A DNA stretch of 64,000 nucleotides from Octopus vulgaris (Eukaryota): NCBI GenBank assembly GCA_951406725.2, contig OX597822.1, positions 8,680,001 through 8,744,000 on the forward strand, read 5' to 3'. Positions 52,143 to 64,000 of this stretch are shown in pieces. The translations under genes were made by a program, and so were the position numbers. Positions within the stretch are counted from its first letter, which is position 1. Every line of letters begins with the position of its first letter. The notes beneath the pieces are model-generated. The model was not told the origin of the DNA and searched no databases. It was given only the letters and a program-made list of their open reading frames with translations.

Positions 52143-52369
52143 GCAGCATGGCAGGTGTTTATAAGCCAATTAAGAAACACATAAAACCGTTAGATTCACT
52201 TCAACATTCAAATTTAATTTGTCAAAATATTTTCGTCGCTTTGAGACCGCGACCTGTTCACTGAAAAAACTTCGTGCTGCATCTGACAGATGTGCAACAC
52301 GCTGCAATTGTTTTCGTTCCCGCACACGATCTCAGATCCAGTCACTCGCTATGCAAGTACATCTCCCTA
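52139..52369. mobile_element. short non-coding element between (TA)n tracts, with an internal inversion
   Basis: AATTGCAGC at 52139 recurs inverted (GCTGCAATT) at about 52301. Hairpin CGTGCTGCATCTG-A-CAGATGTGCAACACG at the junction. Contains an HHR-like fold. Confidence 0.65.
52218..52268 (-). ncRNA. hammerhead-like ribozyme with a G3:C8 core variant
   Basis: Minus strand: TTTTTCA GTGAACA G GTCGC ggtctcaaa GCGAC GAAA ATAT TT TGACAAA. Confidence 0.6.
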
Positions 52370-52437
<68 letters not shown>

Positions 52438-54279
52438 TTATGTGTGTGTTGTTTGTGGGAGTGTCTATATTTATGCAAGAAAACTCAATGCGAAAGTTTA
52501 ATAATTTCGAACAAATATCTTCTTACATCACTGAGACCGAATAATTCTATATAACAGAGTATTGAAATCGTCTGGGCATATTATTGAGGAAAGCAACCCA
52601 GTTCAATAAGCATTTTCATTTATATCTTTATATGTGTAGGGTGCGGGGTTTTCTCAATGAGATTTCTTTATTTTGAAAGAGATAACGAAATTATGGGCAA
52701 GGAGAATATTCTAATAATCTCTTCAAAATTTTGTTTCTACTCATCCCCCCTTGAATGAACATTTTTTTTATCTAATAACGTATTGTTCGATAAAGTATTC
52801 GAAACTAGTCAATTTTGTTTATTTATTAGTTCGGGAATTTTCTTTCCGTTTTCAAATATCATTTCTATATATATGAAAAAAAAAATACTTCACTCGTTCT
52901 TATCTCAAGGATTTTATTTCTCTCTATGATTTATTAGAAAGTGTTTATGCTATTTTTAAATTATCGAATTTAAAGAATTGTTTATTGAGTTTATAGCAGC
53001 AAATTATGAAGTACCCTGCTATATTCCCTCCATTCGCAAACTACTGAACATAGTAACCATTTGTGTTCAACTAAACGTTTTATTAAATTTTTAATATATT
53101 ACAATAAAATACACTTGAATTTATCATTGTTGAGAAATACATTTTCGAAAGCGTCTCAGCATTTCTCTCCGTTTCATACTCAGTTTTATTGATATATATT
53201 CACTAACTTTTTGTTTCCTTCATTGTCTTCTATATTTTTCTATTTCATAATTATGAGCATTATTTTTCTTTTTATATATTTACATATTTCTTTAATTATG
53301 AGAAAACGAATTCGTTAATTGGTCTCTCGAGAAGAATGCAAGTGTTTGAGATTCAACACAACTAAACTCTTGGTAAAATTATGGTTTCTCCTCATATTCC
53401 TTCCTCGCTGATATTTTCATTTCTGATTTTTGTTATATTAATTAATTTGTCATTAACTTTGCTGCTGCTACCGCTTCTGTTGTTGTTTTTGTTGTTGTTG
53501 TTGTTGTAAATCAACAAACACGTTAGCAAGAAGCCTCAAAATTGCCTAGTTACAGTTTTAGTTAATTAATATTTCATTGAATGAAATCAAAGGGGTCTGT
53601 AAAATTCTAAGGACGAAAATAAGAATTGATTTTTCCTATAAATATTTTTATTCGGTTATTATTCAAACATTTAACTGTGTGTTATAGAGAATGAATATCA
53701 TGGAGATTAACATATTGTGATATCAACATATTTTCAACATCTCTCCGAAACTAATACCATCAGTGAGTGGAATCAATAAACTGAATAATTAGATTTAATA
53801 GCGAATGTGATTCTAATCAAGATTCTGTTAGTTTAAATTGAATGAAAACCGCTTGTGCATGAACAATGTTTATTTATTTATCATCTCTATACTGAATAAA
53901 CGAAAAATCACTATATGGCCTGGAAAGGCGATATCATTCGTAACACCGGTTAAAAAATTGATAAATTTATTATTCACGTGAAAGGCTCCCGATGTAATAT
54001 ATATATATATCTATATATATAATATTATATTATATTCTGGAATGTAACAGAGGCATATTCTGTCGAATTTCAATGCCCTAACAGCATGCGGCATTTGGCT
54101 CAGTACATGCAATTGTAAAATTAGATTATTCATGTTTCATTATAACTCGTTTGATAATAGACAGTTGAAAAGCTTAAAAGACGATTTAAACTGTATGCTT
54201 GGAAACAAAACACAATTATCAATTTAATTTTTCAATACGTAACTTGTATATGTGATAATCTAAATCTAAAAAAAGATCA

Positions 54280-54505
54280 AAGAGGTCCATTGCTAAAGAA
54301 ATTCGGGTGTTAGAGGGGATTATCAGAATTGTGGTATATCGTGATATTCGATACAAATTTTATGTAATGAGGAAAGGCCAATTCGTGTCTGCAAAGAAAC
54401 AGGGAAACCGTCTCATCTGTTCAAAACGGTTACTTAACAAAGTGAAAAACACTCATAAACAAGGCATGCTTTTTATTTCTCACGAAATAAACTCTAACCA
54501 GATCC
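54280..54505 (+). pseudogene. Tc1/mariner-superfamily (maT/DD37D-like) transposase fragment
   Basis: RSIAKEIRVLEGIIRIVVYRDIRYKFYVMRKGQFVSAKKQGNRLICSKRLLNKVK...FISHE: second HTH and linker up to a decayed FSDE motif. Confidence 0.75.
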
Positions 54506-54764
54506 ATTGCCTCCAGTCTAAGCTCGCCGAAACATGCTAAATGTCTCTGTAGCAGACTTATCAAAGACGTTGGTTCTTTGTTCCTGTCCATGAAAAATTG
54601 CAGCCTACAGCATACACGTGATCACTTGCGCAGTAACCTCAGCGACGTCACTCGGCACAATGCTTCATGAAGGTCGCTGCTAGCTCCGACTGCGCACGTA
54701 GATGTGTGCTTCCATCTATTGGCGTGCTATTGAACACGTCCGCGAAATTTTTCCTACCACCTCG
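54505..54764 (-). mobile_element. mariner 5' end (TIR + start of transposase)
   Basis: Minus strand TA|CGAGGTGGTAGGAAAAATTTCGCGGAC TIR; ATG at 54591 gives MDRNKE../DKSATETFSMFRRA. Confidence 0.75.
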
Positions 54765-55263
54765 TATACGCACTTACATACATGCATATATAAATACATA
54801 CAGTTCCAGCCAAAATGTTCAGAACGGCATTGTTTTCGCCAGCAAAGTAGGTATAAGTTTTTATCAAAGTTGTTTTATATTCTATAATTTTCACAGACAA
54901 TAAATACAATATTAATTGTTATTGTCTGAGATTTGAGAGGATAATACAAAAGTTATGGATGATTTAGTGATTTACTGCAAAACCCATGCGGCCAAAATGA
55001 TCAGAACGGTTGCTTTTACTCAGTGTTTTAGTATATTTAACCGGTATATTTAAAAGCTTATACCTACTTTTCTGGCGAAAACAACGCCGTTCTGAACATT
55101 TGGGCCGCAAATATATATATGTGTATATCTATATATGTGTGTGTGTGTACATACATATAGGTATGTACGTGCATACATATATGCATGCATCTATCCATCC
55201 ATCCATCCATTGATCCATGCAGACTTACATAATACATACATACTTACAATCATACATTCATAC

Positions 55264-55886
55264 AGACCTCAATAAAATGTAAACACAACATACCTGATAT
55301 AATGATTTGGGATAGAGAAAAGAAACTGTGCACACTTGTGGAAATTAGCTGCCCAGCGGATGTTAGCATAAAGCTGAAGATCAGTGAAAAAGAGAACACC
55401 TATGCTGAACCGTTGAGAAATCTACAGTTACTCAATCCGGATTACAAGTTCAGGTTTATACTTGTAATTATTGGAGCCGTGGGATATGTAAGACACTGCC
55501 TAAATACCAATCTTAAGAAATTAGGCTTCTCAAAACCAGAAAGGAGAAAGCTAATTCGAAGGCTACAAAAACCAATCCATCACTGGAACTGTACAAATCT
55601 GCAAAACTTTCCAGAAGTTCATCATTTAAATATATAGATATGAAACTATATGCGTGAGCACACATATATAAAACATACAAATCTGCACATATATACTTAC
55701 ATACATACATACATACATACTTACATGCATACATACATACTTACATGCACACATACATACTTATATACATACATACCAACAAATCTACATTGCTGTTGAG
55801 TTGAAATTCCAATGAAGGAGCCTTGGATCTAATTTAGAAACCGGTTCTTTCTCTATTGGCAAGGAATCTTGAAATAAACTGAATAA
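55264..55886 (+). mobile_element. 5'-truncated R4/Dong-clade LINE (restriction-like endonuclease domain + 3' UTR)
   Basis: KCKHNIPDIMIWDREKKLCTLVEISCPAD...EKENTY..L...VIIGAVG (PD..E..K..Y RLE signature); one frameshift near the end; stop at 55627-55629; flanked by TACA-like repeats. Confidence 0.9.
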
Positions 55887-56219
55887 GATACATACACATA
55901 TTTATGTATGTATGTATATGCATATTGTTGATGATAAAACAGTTTAATAAGCTTTCAGCAGTACGTTAAATAATGCTTTCACCGGAACATCTCTAAACAC
56001 ACACAAAGTTAAGAATAATAGCATTTAGATATTGGTTTAAATAACTACTTCGTATACAACAAACTTAAAAGGTGTCCCTGGGATATGAAATCCTACACAC
56101 AGTAGACATGACATCGGTTCTAATCCAAAAAACAGAATTACATACGTTATATATTGTATATGTATATACATATGTATATGTGTGTGTGAGAGTGTGTATG
56201 TGTGTGTGTTTGTTTGTAT

Positions 56220-56397
56220 GTTCTCTGTTATTAATCGGAGAACAAGGATGCAAACATTCCTTAAAGGATTGTAGAGCCTTGGCGTGATTAAATCATATAT
56301 ATACACACACATATACATACATAGTTCTTAGCTATTAATCGGAGAGCTAGGATGCAGACATCCCTTACAAGATTATAGTTCCTTGGCATGATTAAAT
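56220..56397. repeat. 74-bp direct repeat pair (56220-56293, 56324-56397)
   Basis: TATTAATCGGAGA..AGGATGCA.ACAT.CCTTA..GATT.TAG..CCTTGGC.TGATTAAAT occurs twice. Confidence 0.9.
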
Positions 56398-56401
56398 TGT
56401 G

Positions 56402-56443
<42 letters not shown>

Positions 56444-56570
56444 TATGTATATGTGTGTGTGTGTGTGTGTATGTATGTATATACAGATAGATACAGAGAT
56501 AGATAGATATAGATATGCATATTTATATCTATACAAATACATATGCATATGTGTGTATGTATGTGCGTCT

Positions 56571-56607
<37 letters not shown>

Positions 56608-57356
56608 TAGGTGTCCATGCGTTTTTGTGTGCGTATGAGTGTCTGTGTGCGACAGTATGAGTGTGCATTGCCTTCTGTTTACACGTCATAATTGTCAAAT
56701 CAGTACTTTTTGCCGTCCTACCGCAACACATCAGTTTTTCGTTTTTTCGTTCAACTTTAGAGCATACATCATGATGAATCTTCCCATGACTCCTCATGCC
56801 GAACATAACATGACAAACGAAAAGGACATCCTAAAACGAAAAAAAAACTTTTAAAAAGAACCAATATACTAAATAGAAGTATCTGATTTGGTTGTATGTA
56901 TAAAGAATATTTGAACAGATATTTTGTGTATGAACAGTGAGGAAGTAATATAGGTTTGTGTATATAAATATAAAGGTGTAATTCAATCGTTTCTATGAAG
57001 TATCGGAGAACGTTCTTTTTGCTGAAATACTAATGTCTAACAGGGAAACACAGAAAGGAATAGAGGTGGGGAGAAAAATAATGAATGTAAAAGCAAGCCA
57101 CTACATGTCTTGGTAAAATTGAAGAAAATAATGTCTGCGGGAGAACATATTGAAAATTGAAATTGCATTCGGGAAAACATATAAAGGAATAAAAATTAGA
57201 CTGGTAGATGGTAGACAAGTAATAGACCAATGCACAACATAATACACAGTATTAAATTAGCAGCCGTAGAGTGAGTATTAGTACTAAATGTCTCGATTCG
57301 ACGTCATGTGAGGCTGGCGTTTTCTTATAAACACACACACACACACACAAAGAAAT

Positions 57357-57395
<39 letters not shown>

Positions 57396-57651
57396 AAGAC
57401 ATACATACACAAACACACACACACGCACACACATAAACACATGCGTGCACAAATATACACACGTGTAATTTCGCAACTTCATTGTCTACTCAGAATTATC
57501 CCATCGCTTGGACTGGCAGTCACCGGGAACATAAAATTAATTGTTTTCATACATGTTACGACACTTTCTTTACATATGTGCATGCATCCATGCACGTATG
57601 TATTTATGTATATATGTATGTATATGTATGTATGTATGTATGTATTGCATA

Positions 57652-57915
57652 TTCGGGTCGTCAGCGACCAAACTGGCAACACCATCGAACTTTCTTGGTA
57701 TGGAGGGTGTTTGTTAGACATTCTGCAAGACGAACAATAAAACCTGTCAAAGGGCGGAAGAGCACATAAGGAGTCAACGGCCATCCAACAATATGTGTAC
57801 ATGTGTGTGCATGCGCGGGGACGGGGAAATACCTGGGTTTATGTCCAGGTGCGTGGTTGGCCAACTGGGAGTAGGAGCCCCCCTCTATTGGCACTGAGAT
57901 AAAACCTGCGACACT
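57652..57915 (+). mobile_element. probable LINE (RTE-like) 5' UTR fragment
   Basis: GC-rich island beginning with the hairpin GGTCG-TCAG-CGACC; no ORF; resemblance only. Confidence 0.3.
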
Positions 57916-58660
57916 GACAATATTCGATGATGTAACCTAGTTCTTTTGGAGTTTCTTTGTCCATGTTCAAAAATTGTGATTGGATTTGTGCAAATCGTAT
58001 CCCCACTAAGAAATATTCACCATGTATAGGCATCGCTTGAAATAAGTAAGATTTATCACAAAAATGGCTGTTCGTTGCCTTCGCATGTGTGGGACTTTCG
58101 ATCAGGCGATGGCAATTCTCGAACACGAGTTTGCACCAATCATGTATATATGTATTCATTCATTTATTCATTTAAGTTGTTCGTTCTGTACAGATTTCAA
58201 CCATCATCATCCCTTTAGTGCAGGCGTTTGCTTTGAATATTCATTGCCAAACGAGGCACGTGGGCGGATTATGGTGGAATTTTGGACACCTGGATGAAAT
58301 ATGAGTCAAAAACCAAAGAGCCGAAGTAAGTCACTTGTCGATAAATAATCGACCGCTCTGGTTAGATACGTTTGTTATCGACTCCAAAAGGTGAAGTAAA
58401 TTTAGCCACCACAAAATTCGATCTTAGAGCACAGAATACCAAAGTTCTACGTATTGTTCAACTCAATATGACTAATGGATATGTACTTACTATAAGTTAG
58501 ATAAGACTGGGGCTTCTCGTTGCACCCGGCACTCAATCATACCAAAATAAACCGCCTTTCAAAACTAGAAAACAGAGTAAAAATTTACTACCTTTAATAT
58601 CTACCTTTAATTTTGTTATTAAATATTCACGTTCATTTCATGGTAATATTTATTCTTAAA

Positions 58661-59033
58661 CTAGCAGTATCGCCCGGCGTTGCTCAGGTTTGTAAGGGAA
58701 ATAACTATAAAGCATTTTTAGAGAGTTATAGCCAAAAAAATGGAAAAAAATTATGGTAAATTTTTTTTTTAGTTAAAAAAGGTGGAGTTGCGTCCCCTAG
58801 ACAGTTTGCGGTTTGTGTTTCTAATTCTCGACCCCATGTCGAATTTATCGATTTTTTTCAGAACTGGGGGAACTTTTCATAACTTTCGCTGCGTTAGTTT
58901 TGAATTATGACATTGGGTTATGTGTGTGTAAAATTTCATCAGAATCGGTTGAAAGCCGTAGTCAGGGTGAGGGTACAAGCAAACAGACACACAGAAACAC
59001 GCACAGACAAACTGCCGTTTATATAGAGAGAGA
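58661..59033 (-). mobile_element. non-autonomous Helitron (373 bp)
   Basis: Minus strand: A|TCTCTCTCTATATAAAC, GTCTGT repeats, CAACCGATTCTGATGAAATTTTACAC, then hairpin CCTGAGCAACGCCGGG and CTAG|T. 5'-TC, 3'-CTAG, A^T insertion, no TSD. Confidence 0.88.
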
Positions 59034-59059
59034 TACCTGCCCCATATCAATATTTGTGT

Positions 59060-59111
<52 letters not shown>

Positions 59112-60227
59112 CTGTATCGATCTCCCTCCCTCACCAAAAGCCGATCGCAGAAGAATGGCCACAGAAAAGATGATACCACATGCGGTGCTCCAGCATTGCC
59201 ACAACCTTTGGACTGAAACATATATATGAATAAAAAAATATATAGATGCACCCCCCCCCACACACACACATATATATTTGTGTGTGCGTGCATGTTTCTT
59301 TTATTTTTCTGTGTGTAAGTATAAATCTCCATGTAGGTACCTATGTGTATTTCTTGAGAGCTTCAAATGTCAATCCAAGCCGTGGGGTATGAACGTAAAA
59401 TTAACAAAACTATTCTTCGAGCTGTAGGTGTAATGACAAATATGAATAGACCCATACCACTAATACCAGGTGACACATGGTTGCAAAACGCCGCTCACCT
59501 TTGCACCAGATAATTCCGGTTCAGTAGCATAGATCAAACAGTATATTCTCTGCACAAAACACAGGCTATAACATTAGCCACCCAATCAATTAACAAAACT
59601 CTTGCTAAACATATTCATTACAACCAAGACTAAATCACATAAAACAACAGACAATCCTACATAACCGATACCAGGCATAGCACACCAATAACTCGATGTT
59701 ATAATCTGGAAATCACACTCATAAGCAATCAGATAACATTTTAAAGCGCAAACCATAGAAGATAACACAATTCACTCTCTATATTCTCTACTCAATAGGC
59801 AGAACGCTCAACTAACACAAACTCCACACGGAATGCTGATACAGTTTACAGACACGTTTTTACTTTCCCACTAGGTAATGGTACACGCACTTTAGTGAAA
59901 ACAATGGTGCAGCCGCTCGCCCAGTATGAATTCACATGGAACAGAATAAATTTAAAAGAAAACAATGAACGATACAAAAGCAATGCCAAAATATGAAATA
60001 TCTGATTGACAATAGATCCTGCAGTGTGAATAATGTAAGTTTATTATTTCATATAAAACTATATATCAAATCGTATAAGAATTTCGCTGGTCAACAGTGC
60101 ATTTTCAATTGATGCCTCCTGCCTAGTTTATATTTCGGTTATCACTGAGTTCTGTATGTTTCGCTATGTATAGAATGTGGTGAGAAAAGATGGACGCAGA
60201 GATAATCATCGAAGTAAATATGTAGAC

Positions 60228-60269
60228 ATTGATAGATGCACATATATTTTCTTCGTATATTAATAGACA

Positions 60270-60311
<42 letters not shown>

Positions 60312-60557
60312 ATGTGGTGTGTGTGCGTATGCATACAGGCATACATGTATGTATATAAATATATATACATATATATACATACATATATATATGCATATAT
60401 ACATGAGTGTCAGTATATATATATATATATATACACACACATTAATATACGTATGTATATGCATAGGTATATTGATAGACGCACATATATTTTCTTCGTA
60501 TATTAACAGACAATATATATATATATATAAGGATGTGGTGTGTGTGCATATGCATAC

Positions 60558-60614
<57 letters not shown>

Positions 60615-60624
60615 TACATGAGTG

Positions 60625-60655
<31 letters not shown>

Positions 60656-60674
60656 CCATATGTATATGCATAGG

Positions 60675-60677
<3 letters not shown>
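60228..60677. repeat. tandem duplication of a ~240-bp microsatellite-containing unit
   Basis: ATTGATAGA.GCACATATATTTTCTTCGTATATTAA..., AAGGATGTGGTGTGTGTGC, CATGAGTGTC and ATGCATAGGTAT recur in order at 60228 and 60471. Confidence 0.92.
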
Positions 60678-60705
<28 letters not shown>

Positions 60706-60963
60706 GTCGGGGTTGCGACTGCGTGTGCGTGTATATGTGTGTGTACGCGTATTTGAATGTGAGGGCGAATTGTGCACGGTGAAAGAGATAGTGAGCGTGA
60801 GGGCTCGCGAGGAGAGCACAAAGCATCTGTTATGGTGATGTACATTGTGTTTTAACGTCTATTAAGTTTGATATATCTTTTAAAGCTACTGCAAATCTAC
60901 TTTATTTACCATTTATGAGCTAATATATACATACACACGCATGTATATATATAAAAATATTGC

Positions 60964-60997
<34 letters not shown>

Positions 60998-61254
60998 CAT
61001 GCAAACACGCACTCACAAATGCACATGGTAACACCTAAAAACACAGACACACACACGCATACAAACACACACGCATACACTCACACACACACGGATGAAC
61101 TTTACTTTATTCATTTGCTATAGTATACCTTTTAGGTATAAATATAATATTGAAATGATTTTAGATGTGATTTCTTTGTTGTCTCTCTCTCCATTCATTC
61201 GCTTTCTTTGTCTTCCTATCCTTGTAGTTCACTAATTCTCGTTTTCACTCACGC

Positions 61255-61304
61255 TCTCTCTCTCTCTCTCTCCCTCTGTTTCTATAGATGTACAAATATC
61301 TATA

Positions 61305-61398
<94 letters not shown>

Positions 61399-61491
61399 AA
61401 TGTATATGTATATATAGACACATATTAATGTATATATGTATATACATATATGCATATATATTTATGTTTGTATGTATGTATGTATGTATAG

Positions 61492-61551
<60 letters not shown>

Positions 61552-61586
61552 GTGTTTATGTGCGTGTGTATGTTTGTATGCATACA

Positions 61587-61634
<48 letters not shown>

Positions 61635-61635
61635 C
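61255..61635. repeat. (CT)n/(TA)n/(TG)n compound microsatellite
   Basis: Directly visible. Confidence 0.95.
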
Positions 61636-64000
61636 GTATAAGACACATACACACTGTTATGAAGCACTTCTGTTGTTACTTTGTCTTTTCACTGCTAATG
61701 CTGCTGTTGTTACTGTTGTTCTAGCCATTTTTAATAGTCATCAAAAGATGTTAGCATCAAAGAGGAAAAAAAAAAACTAATAATAAATGCCAAGTACTTT
61801 ACTGAATGCGAAGCGATAATGATTGTTTTGTTAACAGAATACTCGTCTCGCTCATTTCAGAATAGGTAAATGGACATTAAAGTGATGATGTGTAGACAAT
61901 GACGTATGTTTAATTTGGGTTGCAATCGATTTTTTTTTTTTTTTAATGAATAGTTAATATATGAAAAGGATAGCGAAAACTAAAGGAAAAACAATAATAA
62001 AGAGAAGTACTGAATTTGTCACTGTGGTGGCTTTGAATTAAGTTTGAGTTAGTTATTTTGAGACGGTGCTGGGGAAAGAGTTGCCATAGTCTAATGGTGT
62101 TTGAGGTGGAAAGAAAGATAGAAGGTAGTCATTAGGAAATGTAAAGTAAGCACAGATACTTCAAAATCCCAATATATTGGCATATATTGATTATGTTTTC
62201 TGCAGTTATTCTCTGAAATAAAAGAATCAAAAAAGTAAATAAACGTTGATTCGTCGGCTATATAATTATAATTCTTTGCACAAAGTGAAAAGGAGTCATT
62301 CAAATGAAAAAGCATTAAAAGATATCTAAAACGTAGACACCCCGGGGCTAGCGACTATAACTTTTATATGTGTAACTATGTATCTATCTCTGTAACTATA
62401 ATGAGATATCTCTCTCTCTCTCTCTCTCTCTCTCACTATATATATATATATAGAGAGAGAGAGAGTTGTGCATGCATACACACATATACACAAGTATATA
62501 TATATATACATATATATATGCGTGCATGTGTGTGTTTGTATGTATGTATATTTATAATTACACAACCATCTCCGCCATATTGGAACAATTTGCTAAAGTG
62601 GGTTTTCTGTATTTTATCGGTAGATCTCTTTTGATTACTTTCACTTTTACAAGTCCGTAATTCGTACAACACTATTTAAGGCTTAAAAATTGCAAAAGAA
62701 ACCGTTTCAAGTAAAAGTTCAAACGGCTGTCGTATTCGTATTCTTTATCAATCACGCTCATCATCATAGAAAGAATTAATGTAATAGGTAGTGTAGATGT
62801 TTCTTTGCCAAAGAAGAAGCTGACATTTGCAGCGAAGTATCCAGTTAAAAATATTAAATCTACTCTACCGGAAATTAAAAAGAATATGTTTAGTTATTAC
62901 ATATTGTTTCGCAATTACAATATTCACTAGTTTGGAATGAGTTGAAGCAATATGGATTTAGTTCGGTTCGTATAACTGCCAGTTTGAATCATAGATATTT
63001 TACTCACAATATTTATTGTGTTAAGAATCGAAAGACATATTAAAACTCATGGACAGATTTATGATTATTCTGTAAAGAAAACTGATGTAAAATTTTGTGT
63101 ATTGCAATGTAACGTTACTGGGCTTTTATAACCGAAATGACATTAGTATTGGAATATGTATACTGGTTCCTTTTCCTCTGGGCTGTTAAACATTTTAATA
63201 TTTCAAACTATACTGATTACCAACACTGTAACACATTTCTCTTGCCTTCAATATGGATTGAAGTTCTTTACCACCAAGTTGTTCAAATCACCTATGCTGA
63301 CCGCCGCCTTCCGATTCCAGATGGAACCGTGAACAATAAAACGTATCAAAAATACATAAAGGGAAGTGAAATATTGCACCGGAGTTCAGTGTCCAAATAA
63401 TTCCGGCAGCTGAAAAAGTGCATCAGGTTACGGAGTTCTGGGGAATTTGTGATCCCAAACGCAAGAGAATATATTAAAACTATTTAAAAACTACTCTAAT
63501 AAATATACTTAAGTTTCAGCAAAAGGGAAAATTATCCAACTATCTCTTACACTTCTAGATTTTAAAGCCGTCATGCTGCTTCTATATTATAATGCTGCAT
63601 TATCTTGGAAACAGTTTGAACACTGTAGTTAAAACATAATAGTACATTTCGATTTATAGACAATGTCTAAGAACGTTTCTTTCTCATAAATTTGATTCAG
63701 TAAATGGCAAATATTTCCAATACTGAAATAAGACAGCATTCGTATTGTCTGACTGGCAAGAAAGGAAACTGTGTTTAATAATTATTTAATCTATAGAAGT
63801 GACGAGAACAATATTATATCTCTAGTTTGGACGATAGAAAATGGGTCGTTATATGAATTTTAAATACTGCAAATCTATTTACTTTTCCGACGTAATGTAA
63901 TTAACCAGTAAAAAATTAAGATAGGCATATTATGTAAGAATATATGGCTTCGAAGTACTCTCTCGAGGAGAGAGTATTCCCTACCAAAGTAAGTAAATAT

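Noticed and set aside
63137-63400. 87-aa ORF
   Set aside because: No recognisable domain or splice context; a length like this is expected by chance.

Overview
AT-rich eukaryotic DNA, dense in microsatellites, with no host protein-coding gene I can recognise; it looks intronic or intergenic. The mix of tRNA-derived SINEs, Penelope-like elements (PLEs), R4/Dong LINE ends and (TA)n/(GATA)n/(ATT)n runs suggests an octopus-like cephalopod (inference, no search run). Nearly all supplied ORFs are microsatellite read-throughs. The identifiable content is transposon debris: about 15 SINE copies of three head types, four PLE fragments (RT and/or GIY-YIG), four Tc1/mariner remnants, two non-autonomous Helitron-like elements, a piggyBac-type MITE, a probable Sola-like DNA transposon and two R4-type LINE 3' ends. 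The most notable signal is five hammerhead-ribozyme (HHR) folds at element ends. One has a canonical core with a long stem II (49957-50040). Three belong to a family with an extra nucleotide between A9 and stem II (35.2-35.4 kb, 51.5 kb). One carries a compensatory G3:C8 swap of the catalytic core (52218-52268, minus). Several of these elements sit inside (TA)n tracts or form fold-back palindromes.
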